64,000 nucleotides of DNA, taken from contig AP018178.1 in the NCBI GenBank assembly GCA_002368195.1, positions 5,209,286 to 5,273,285 of the forward strand, in the 5' to 3' direction. This DNA is from Calothrix sp. NIES-2100 (lineage in GTDB: Bacteria; Cyanobacteriota; Cyanobacteriia; Cyanobacteriales; Nostocaceae). The first letter of the stretch is position 1; each line of letters begins with the position of its first letter. Positions 7,774 through 16,800 of the stretch are shown one piece after another. The notes beneath the pieces were generated by a model. The model was not told the origin of the DNA. It did not search any database and saw nothing but the letters and a program-made list of their open reading frames with translations. The position numbers and the translations under genes are program-made.

Positions 7774-10722
7774 ATGACGAGCAAAATTACACCAGAAAAT
7801 ATTCTGTTACCTGCACGGATGAGTTTGGTAAAAAATGCCTTTGCCAAGCTAGAGATTGCTGTGTTGCCATTTCCTTTTGTCCAGATAGTAAGAGACTTTT
7901 GCCACGATATCAAACAAACCCTTTATCGTGGTAAAAACAGGGAGGTTACACCACCATATCGACAGTTAAATAATGCTTTGCTTGCTTGTGCATCTACGCT
8001 GACATACGGCTTTGAGTATGTTGGTTCTGACGAGGAAACCAAGCTTCCTTTATATCAAGCATTAGCTGTAGGAACTCCAGAGAACCCATTGAAAACTCCC
8101 ACACCCCAGCAGATACATGAATTAGTGAGAATTTGGGCGCAAGAGTGGACGAAACAGTATGGTACAAAAAATGAAGTGAATAGCGTGTGCGATCGCTTCC
8201 TTGAAAGGATAAATACCATACCACCTGATTGGGATTGGCAACCTATTAAACCGGAAACACTTGTACGCGATATCAATGCAGAGAGAGGATTAGGATTTCA
8301 AGCCATTCCTAGTCTGCTTGCAACCATGTTGCATGGTAAAAAGTGCATCATTAACTCTGGAAAAAGACAACAGGAAATTCAATGGCGCAAAGTACAGGGA
8401 GGTGGTTCGGGTAGAGTAGGACTTTACGTAGTTAGTAAGCCATTTAAGGCGAATTATACAGATAATTATGGTAAGGAAAAAGAAGGTTACTTTGCTTACC
8501 GTCTAGACTTTAATGTTGAAACCCAAGCAGGAAGATTCAATGATAATGGCAATCTAGAACCGTGGATTTTCTTACATTTGAGTTGTCAAAGATATCCCCA
8601 TAAACCACTTTTAGAAGCTAACTATGGACGTGATATCTCTGTTCTCATGGGTATGAATAAGGCACGTTTATCTGATTATGAGGTGGATTCAACTTTAGTG
8701 CGTCTTGTTATTGATAACAATAGCAAAGAAGAAGAAAATTTGTGGAGGTTACAACTACCAGAATTACTTGCTGCATTCAAAGCACGCGCTCTAGAACAGC
8801 CAGATAATATTCTGAATAATCCCGCAGGATTTGGTAATTTAGATAACTCAAATAATTGGGGTGACAGGGACGAATATTATATAGTTCATACTGAAGGCTA
8901 TAAGTATGAGCATGAGCAACATAAACGAGGACATAGTATAAAAACTGGTTTTAGTTTTTTGGAACGGGGCGATATTATTGCACGAGTATTAGAACTACTC
9001 AACGGCGTTTTAATCCCAGATAATCCGATGCAATCTGACATTCCTGCACCATCAGGTATAAAAGCACCACTAGCAATGCGGGATTACGAATTTATTTCTA
9101 GACCTCGCACAAAACGCCAACCTTATCAGCAAATTGCTACTGATGCTATTTACCGAGCATTACAAGGTAAGCCAATGCACATCTTTATAATTTATCGGGA
9201 ACAAGACACTTGTGAAGTAGTTTACCAGCAATTACGCGATGTATTTCTTCTCAATGAAAATGAAGATTTTCCACAAGATATAACAGTTTCAAAAATTTTG
9301 ATTGATGATGCGACACTTTTACAACCACTTAATACAGGTGGATTTTCGCCTAAAGATCGTAATAAATTCGATGATCAAATACGCAAGCAGCATCAAGTGA
9401 AACGAGACTTATGGCGTACTTTTCTCCAAAAAAATGCTATTCCTCTGATAGATTTTGAGACTAATCCCCACTGTTTAGCGATTATTGAAATTGGCAGAAT
9501 TAAGAAAAAGGGAATTCTCCCCCAACAAAACATTAAAGGAGCTATTCGTGAAGCTTGTGTTAGAGAGGGAATTAGCTCCCAAATGATACAGTCGATACCG
9601 ACAGGTAAACCAAAATCAATTAACTCAGAAGATGATGAAGACAAATCACCAGCCTACAGCAAAGCAACAAAAGGACGGGTGATGAATGCCCTACTGGATG
9701 GAACATTACGTCAAACTGGAGCATTATATGGACTACCTTCTCAACTCTATGAGCAAGCCAAAATACCAAAAGAAATTGCCAAAGAGTTAGATGTAATTGC
9801 TTTTTGTCGTCGCAAAACTAACCAATATCAAGGTGATATTCACTATGTGCTTGCAGTTCGTTTGCGTGCAACAGGTGCGGTATATGTAATGTTTCCTGAT
9901 GGTGATGATTGGATTCCTTACTCACAGGCAGGAATTGCTGTCGGAAAAATTTTTGCTAACGCACGACGCGATCGCCATGAAAATACAAAACGCATTCAAA
10001 GTAAAATCAAGTTGAGCGGTACAGAATTAGTACAGTTTGTTGCACGCGTAGTGACCAAACATTTAGACAGACCAACTATTGTTTTAATTGAAGCCGAAGG
10101 GTGGCGTAACGAACGTGGCGAAGATAATGATGGCTCAGTCTGGTTTCAGTTGAAAAATGAGTACCTGCTGGCAAAACGCAACGTTTTAGACTTTCGCCAT
10201 GTTCCTGGTCACAGTTGCGAGTACAGCCGTGAGAGTAACCAACTAGAGAACTTGCTAGCAGTAATTCGGATTCGCACTGATAAAGAAACACCACAGTACA
10301 TCACCAATCGAGAAACTTGGAACGAAGATTATCCAGCGCGAGATTTCCAACATCTAAGCGGTTTTTACGATAAGTCAGCACCAGAACTACTACATTACTT
10401 CTCTGTGGGAAAACTGCCAAAAACACAGAAGGCGCAAGATGAAAAGCCAATACCTGAACTTTATAAACTCGGTTATCAAGAGGATAAATTCGGTGCTAAC
10501 TTTCCATTCAAACATCAACAGCTAGTGGAAATTGTACCGTTCTTTGTACGCCCAGATTTTCAACCAGAAGAAGCTTTAAAGGCACTATGTCGCGTTCCTC
10601 ACTATTTAAGATGTTCACCTGCTTGGTCTATGGGAAATATCGTTTTGCCATACCCAATGCACTTAGGTCAGGAAGTCATAGAGGATCACCTATGCATACT
10701 TGGTGTAAATTTACAACTTTAA
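7774..10722 (+). CDS. Large uncharacterised protein. Candidate pPIWI-RE (PIWI-RE family) protein of an REase-DinG-pPIWI_RE module
   Basis: 982-aa ORF starting 5 bp after the helicase stop. I see no recognisable enzymatic motif. Size, operon position and the partner genes (REase-fold nuclease plus DinG-like helicase) match the three-gene pPIWI-RE architecture. The assignment rests on context only. Confidence 0.35.
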   Translation: MTSKITPENILLPARMSLVKNAFAKLEIAVLPFPFVQIVRDFCHDIKQTLYRGKNREVTPPYRQLNNALLACASTLTYGFEYVGSDEETKLPLYQALAVGTPENPLKTPTPQQIHELVRIWAQEWTKQYGTKNEVNSVCDRFLERINTIPPDWDWQPIKPETLVRDINAERGLGFQAIPSLLATMLHGKKCIINSGKRQQEIQWRKVQGGGSGRVGLYVVSKPFKANYTDNYGKEKEGYFAYRLDFNVETQAGRFNDNGNLEPWIFLHLSCQRYPHKPLLEANYGRDISVLMGMNKARLSDYEVDSTLVRLVIDNNSKEEENLWRLQLPELLAAFKARALEQPDNILNNPAGFGNLDNSNNWGDRDEYYIVHTEGYKYEHEQHKRGHSIKTGFSFLERGDIIARVLELLNGVLIPDNPMQSDIPAPSGIKAPLAMRDYEFISRPRTKRQPYQQIATDAIYRALQGKPMHIFIIYREQDTCEVVYQQLRDVFLLNENEDFPQDITVSKILIDDATLLQPLNTGGFSPKDRNKFDDQIRKQHQVKRDLWRTFLQKNAIPLIDFETNPHCLAIIEIGRIKKKGILPQQNIKGAIREACVREGISSQMIQSIPTGKPKSINSEDDEDKSPAYSKATKGRVMNALLDGTLRQTGALYGLPSQLYEQAKIPKEIAKELDVIAFCRRKTNQYQGDIHYVLAVRLRATGAVYVMFPDGDDWIPYSQAGIAVGKIFANARRDRHENTKRIQSKIKLSGTELVQFVARVVTKHLDRPTIVLIEAEGWRNERGEDNDGSVWFQLKNEYLLAKRNVLDFRHVPGHSCEYSRESNQLENLLAVIRIRTDKETPQYITNRETWNEDYPARDFQHLSGFYDKSAPELLHYFSVGKLPKTQKAQDEKPIPELYKLGYQEDKFGANFPFKHQQLVEIVPFFVRPDFQPEEALKALCRVPHYLRCSPAWSMGNIVLPYPMHLGQEVIEDHLCILGVNLQL

Positions 10723-10760
10723 TCTCAGGCATCAAGATAGTAATATCCTCCCCCAATATT

Positions 10761-12212
10761 CAGTAAACCAAAAAGTTTTTCCCCAAAGAGCGATCGCTAA
10801 TCACTCTTACGTATAACAAGGTAGTGTAAATTACTAAATGCATAATTAATGCTTATACTGCTCTTTTGGGGTTCAAAAAATGAAATGATGAAAGTAGTGT
10901 GTAGCATATTGGCTCTTAAAATTGACTGTTTCATCAGAAGAACTGGTTTTAACAGACTCAGAAACCCTTGAAGAGGTTATTGAGTGTTTAGTAGAAAATT
11001 TTTCCATTGAAACTCAGGGGGGATGTGACCAACAAACTTTATTTGAGATTCTTATAAAAGCAGCCAGCAGTGGAGATAGTATTGAGAATACAGCCAAATT
11101 ATTAAAAAATGTTCCTACAGCTAATGATATTAGATATCATCTTAATAAAATCAACAATTTTGAGGAGTTAGAGACACGAATTAATCAAGCATTGAAAAGT
11201 CGAATTCCTTTAGGTTTAAAAAAAGGATGTTTAAAAATAGCGATTGATTTAAATTTAATTTGTTATTATGGTAAGCCAACATTCTTAGAATTACCATACA
11301 TATATAAAAGTGAAGCTAAATCTGGTACTCATTCATTTTTGACGGCTGCAACTTTATATGTGATTAACAAAAACAAGCGTGTAACTCTAGCCGTCAGAGG
11401 TGTTCGCCGACTAGATACTAGTGTAGCGATAATTACTTATTTATTGGCGGAACTTGAATCCCTTAAAATAAATGTAAAAAAACTCTATTTAGATAGGGGA
11501 TTTTTTAATACTCCTGTAATAAGATGGTTGCAAGCATTAGATATTCCATTTATGATGCCTGCTATCAAGACAGGAAAAAAGGGAGGAATTAAACAGTTTT
11601 TGAAGGGAAGAAAAAGCTATAAAACTACCCATACTATTACAAGAGACAAAGATGACTCAGTCACCTTTGACTTATGGATTGTCTGTAAATATAGAAAAGG
11701 AAAGCGTAAAAAATATGGGGTGCAATACCTTGCTTATGTTACTTATAAAATCCAAACTAATTTAGATTATATATATCAGGATTATCGAAAAAGATTTGGC
11801 ATCGAAAGTAGTTATCGGCTGCAAAATCTTTGTCGAATTAGAACAAATAATAAAAATCCCGCATTAAGATTACTATTCGTTGGTATATCTTTTCTTTTAG
11901 TTAATATTTGGGTTAACCTCCTCTGGCTTAGAATAAGTCGGAAAAGGCTCATGTTGCCGATTAATTTACCGGACACTTTTCGTACTTAAACAGATGTTAG
12001 CCTTTTTATCTCAAGCCCTACAGCGTAAATATCAAGTAGTAGAAAGCATTTATATTCCACGACTGTTAGCACCAACAAATTATCAATCAGCTAATCATAA
12101 GTAATCATTATCCATACTATGTCTGCTGGTTAAAGGAGCGAGTATTAAAAAGTATCGTAGGCTACAAAATATTTAGCGATCGCTCTTTGGGGAAAAACTT
12201 TTTGGTTTACTG
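10761..12212 (+). mobile_element. Insertion sequence (IS4 superfamily-like) with perfect 39-bp terminal inverted repeats
   Basis: Left IR at 10761-10799 is CAGTAAACCAAAAAGTTTTTCCCCAAAGAGCGATCGCTA. Right IR at 12174-12212 is its exact reverse complement. The element encloses a single transposase ORF. No obvious target-site duplication flanks the IRs. Confidence 0.8.
10922..11989 (+). CDS. DDE transposase (IS4/IS701-like)
   Basis: 355-aa ORF with a probable TTG start. The C-terminal motif YRKRFGIESSYRLQN resembles the IS4-family Y-(2)-R-(3)-E-(6)-K signature. The gene is AT-rich and lies between the terminal IRs. Confidence 0.7.
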   Translation: MTVSSEELVLTDSETLEEVIECLVENFSIETQGGCDQQTLFEILIKAASSGDSIENTAKLLKNVPTANDIRYHLNKINNFEELETRINQALKSRIPLGLKKGCLKIAIDLNLICYYGKPTFLELPYIYKSEAKSGTHSFLTAATLYVINKNKRVTLAVRGVRRLDTSVAIITYLLAELESLKINVKKLYLDRGFFNTPVIRWLQALDIPFMMPAIKTGKKGGIKQFLKGRKSYKTTHTITRDKDDSVTFDLWIVCKYRKGKRKKYGVQYLAYVTYKIQTNLDYIYQDYRKRFGIESSYRLQNLCRIRTNNKNPALRLLFVGISFLLVNIWVNLLWLRISRKRLMLPINLPDTFRT

Positions 12213-12658
12213 ATGATACAAAAGCAACAAAACTTCATCCGTTGCAGAAATATCTCTGGACAGAACTAGAGGTTTTCCATCTAATTCATGAATTATTGAA
12301 TGTTCTAGTTGAACAATTTGGGCAATGGTTTCTGCAACAACTTTTCGATCCTGATTCCAAACTAGGCTAAGAAACTCGGCAAATATCCATTTGCTGGCAT
12401 GAAGCAATGGGAAAAGATGGCAAACCTGCTTACGTAGATTATATTGTTAAATTGCCTAAGCGATCGCTAGAAGAGTTTTGTCGCTGGGTGTATCGTTTTA
12501 TGGACAATGCTCAATTTATCTATCCTCAATATCTAGCTGAACAACACCAGAAAATGGCTTCTGCCTTAATAGCTCGGTATTTTATGTAACAAATAAAAAA
12601 TTGTTATATTACTTTTAAGTATGGATTTTAGCAGGGGTTGTCAGGGTAATTGATGAAT

Positions 12659-13822
12659 TTATCCTGAAATATCCTTTCTTAAAACTCGATACCAATTGTT
12701 AATTTCCCGACTAACTAAAATATCCTGGTTAATAGGTTCTAGATGGGAAAGGGAATTTCGCATTTCTTTAAGTTGTTTAACAAGTCGTCGCAGATCAAGA
12801 GGCACAATTTGATCAGTCTGATTCAGTTGATATTCAATGTGACCAATTTCTAAATCTCTTAAATCTTTAATAACTTCACCAAAGCTGGTTTTAAAAGGTA
12901 CTGTTAAAACTTTAGAAAACCGTTGAATAATTTCTTGTCTTCTCTCTTCAATAAAGGGGAAAATTTCTCCGACTTCACCTCGCCAAATTCTCGATTTTAT
13001 TTCTCCTTGGGCTAAATTATCAACCGCTAAAACAGCCGAATGAATTTTTTCTTCACCCTCAATAGTATTTTTAAATCCTTGACACCAACTCTCTGCAAAA
13101 GTAATATTCTTTGTGCGATCGCACTGCCAACCATGTTGTTGAGCAATTTCTTGTAGAATCGGTTCTGGGTGAAGAATATGCTCAATTTTTTCAGCGGCTA
13201 AACGTTCGCTAACTTCAAAATCCCACAGCGCTAGATGGGTGATAACTGATATCGCTACCCGCTTTTGCAAATCGGAGAGTCGGTTTCCGGGAAAGAGGTT
13301 AGCCGTGAACAATAGCATATCCAGAAAGCTGACAACTCCCTGCCAAGTTTGATGTGATAGACAGACATCCTCGACTGGGGGCGCGATCGCTATTTCTCCG
13401 ACTAATGAGACGATAAATAGCGTACGATGCAATTGGGGGATACCGCGACAAGGTTGTTCGTAGTCGGAAAGGAATTTTTGCCAAGCAGGCCAAACATCGA
13501 CAGTCAAATTATCTAACCAGATAATCTTACCAGCAAATTTTTGATTTTGTGCTAATGTCCGTGCATTCCGTACTTCGTTGGGGCTAATTTCGCCGACAAA
13601 CAAATCAAAGAGGAAATGCACCGGATCGAGATAAGTTTCGTCGCTAACAGAAATTTTATGCCAGTCCCAATCGTCCCCAAGTTCAGAGCGAATCGCGTTT
13701 GCTAGACCACTGGGTAAATGTTCTGGTAAACAAAGAATAACATTTTTTCCATCTCTGAAGTCTTCAACAACGCGATCAATAAATTGGCTAGGGCCAGGAA
13801 GTTGCCAGCAAAAACAAGTCAT
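12659..13822 (-). CDS. Hypothetical protein, operon partner of the 1780-aa P-loop giant protein
   Basis: 387-aa ORF that begins 7 bp after the stop of the upstream giant gene on the minus strand. No recognisable motifs were found. Confidence 0.5.
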   Translation of the reverse strand: MTCFCWQLPGPSQFIDRVVEDFRDGKNVILCLPEHLPSGLANAIRSELGDDWDWHKISVSDETYLDPVHFLFDLFVGEISPNEVRNARTLAQNQKFAGKIIWLDNLTVDVWPAWQKFLSDYEQPCRGIPQLHRTLFIVSLVGEIAIAPPVEDVCLSHQTWQGVVSFLDMLLFTANLFPGNRLSDLQKRVAISVITHLALWDFEVSERLAAEKIEHILHPEPILQEIAQQHGWQCDRTKNITFAESWCQGFKNTIEGEEKIHSAVLAVDNLAQGEIKSRIWRGEVGEIFPFIEERRQEIIQRFSKVLTVPFKTSFGEVIKDLRDLEIGHIEYQLNQTDQIVPLDLRRLVKQLKEMRNSLSHLEPINQDILVSREINNWYRVLRKDISG

Positions 13823-13829
13823 ATTATGA

Positions 13830-16800
13830 TTATGCCCCCAAAGATGTGACGATCCGCCCTACCAGTGGATCGATACTCCAATTACTATTACCCACTGGAT
13901 ATGCAAGTCGTAACAATTCTGCCCATTTAAAAGTTTGATGGACAATTTCCGCTGATATGTCCTCAACAATTTCGATTAAATCTGCAATTGCAGCTTCTTT
14001 GAGGGTAGCTAAAGCGTGTAATATTTGTTTTTGTTGAGGATGAGTATTATCCAATCCCATGAGTATTGCTAATTCATTCAGGTATTCCGAATTAGTTAAA
14101 GAATCTGCTAATTTTTGTAAATGCGGTTCCCAGTGTTGGTCTGATTTAGCTTGTTGGTAAAAACGCTGAAGTAGCACTGGCCAATTTCCGGTAATTTCGG
14201 TAATCTTTTCGCGGCTTTCTTTATTCGCGGCGGTAAAATTGTCATCTTCTAACCATTGTCGGAGTGCTGCATCATGCCAAGGTTTGAGACTAAAAATACT
14301 CACTCCTTGAGACACTAAGGAATCAAGACAATTAAGATTAATTAATTCCCATACTTTTGGGGGATTGGCAACAAAAACAACTCTAGCAAAGGACTTTTTA
14401 GATTTTAGTCTCTGAACTTTTTCTAGTGCTATCTTGACCCATTCTTGACTCCAATCACAAGTAGATGACACAAACATAATAGTTGTGCCATCAATCCCCA
14501 TTTCTCGCTTATCTAAGTTGGCTAAATGTTTAGTAAAATCAGATTCTCCAGCGACATTTTCTATGGGAATCCAGAATTCTTTACCAACTGCGGAAATTAA
14601 GAAATCCTGTAATTCATTTAAACCTGCGGCGGGACAACCAAAAATAATTGAGACTCCATTTTCGCGTCTCCGCAATGCTGATTCTTGTTGTACTGTCAAA
14701 GGACTGCGCCGAGATAAATCGTGTCGCAAAGCTGAGCGAAAAATTTCCGCATCGTAACCTAAAGCAGGTTCGCGACTTCTGAGAAGTTGTTCTTCAATTT
14801 CGGCTTCTGTACCTAACAGCAAAACTACGTTGGGACTTCTCAGCGCAAAGCCGCCTTCATTAGTTTCTCTTAAAACTCCTAAACCCACCATTTCTTCTAG
14901 TAAGGCGCGAAATTCATCGGTGGATTTACCTTGAAATCCTTCTGACCACCAAGACAAAACAGCATCCTGAATCCAGGATACAGAAAATCCATCCACCATG
15001 CCTTTTGGACTGGTGAGTGATTCATAAGCAATGGAATATGCGATCACTTCATAGCGTTGGTCTAGTTGTAGTGTCCATAGTAAGCGATCGCGGATCGCTT
15101 TACGCAGATTATTGCTTTGATAAGTTTCGTCAACTTGCTTATCTGCAATCTCATAGGGCGGTGTATTATTGCGATCGTACTTCTTTAAATGATTATTATT
15201 AACATCTCTGAGCAACTCATGACAGTAGAGTTGAATTAAACTCGGATAGTAATTAGTTTGAGACAGAATTCGCGTTACCAAATCGTCTGATAATTCATAG
15301 CCAATATTTGCTAAAGGGCGTTTGATTAACTCTCTAGCTTCGCGCCATTCCTTATTTTCTAACAATGGGCCAATGCAAAGTGGCTCTCCATAATGAGCTA
15401 GCGGATGGTTTTCTACCCTAGTAGTACGTTGAACATTGTGTAACCCGGCGAATACTACTTTGAAACGGCGATCTGTTTTATCCATCAAACCTTTGAAACG
15501 GCTAGTTTGACTAAATTTATTTTGTCCATCAGATTCTAGGAATTTGTCGGCTTCATCAAGTAATAAAAGAATCCGCCGACTTTTATCCTGTTCTAACCAA
15601 TTTTGCAGATGTCGTAGCAAAGTTTCCGCACCTATATTGGTGGGACTCATCCGGGGTACAACTTCTAATTTTTTAAACTCATCTGCTAATAAGCTCCAAA
15701 TATCTTCAATTGGTCTGTGGATACCAATACCATCAGCTTTTAAATCGAGAAACAGAGCTATTCTTCTTTCCTGGGGTGCGTGAAATTCCCGTTCTACAGA
15801 ACGCAATAAAGCAGTTTTTCCTAACTGTCTACCTCCATAAATAAAGCAAGAACCCATAGAATTAATTACGGAGTCTCGCTCTTGTTTCCGTCCGTAAAAA
15901 ATTTCTGGAGGAACTAAGCCAGCAGTGGTAGCATGAGTTTCTAAAAAAGTAAAAGGTAGAGCGCACTTAAATAATGTCCGCAGTCGTGGTTCTTCTGCAC
16001 CGCAAATATACAGCATTAATATGTCATCAATCAGCACAAATGTTCGACGGCGTTCTCGACAAAGCCTTGCTAAATCTCTACGTCTGAGTTCTGTCAACCG
16101 TCCAAAAAAGAAGACAAAAGCTGGGGAACCATGAGAAGTTTCGCCAACTGCATTGAGAATGTCTTCTGCTGTGGGTCTATCCCAGACACAAAGAATACGA
16201 TATTGTCCGTGAGCCGCCGATCCATAAGTAGCAACAGGACACAATTCTTTATTACGGATGATTTCTGTTGTGATTTGCAGCCAAGTTCGACCGCCGACAC
16301 GTTCAATTGTAATTCGCGATGGATTAAATCCTAAGTTAACCAGAATAATCCCCGCATCAGACTCTAAAATTTGTTGGAATTTACCGGCTTTTTTCGCAGA
16401 AAACCAAGCATTGAGCATTTTCGCTGCTCTTTCAGTTGCAGAACCAGAAAGTCTGCGGAAATTGATTCCACAAAAATCTTCTCGTCTTTGGACTTTGGAA
16501 ATCAGAAGATTCGGGCTATTTTCTTCCATGAATTTGTCAATTTCAGTCACTTTGAGGGGGAAGAAATCGCTAAAATCATTTGCAGCTATTTCTACAGGAG
16601 GAATTTCATCGCCTCTATCTATCATGTCGATGTATTCATTAGCTGTCAGCACATTTCCCTGGTTTAATAGTTCTTGGATGCGGACATAACTTGGTTGTTC
16701 GGAAGTGAGGGAAAGTGCATTTAATCTTTGTCTTACCTGCTCAATTGCTGCTGCTTTCTTTTGCGCGATCGCGGCTTTAATCTCTTCTAACTTTTCATGT

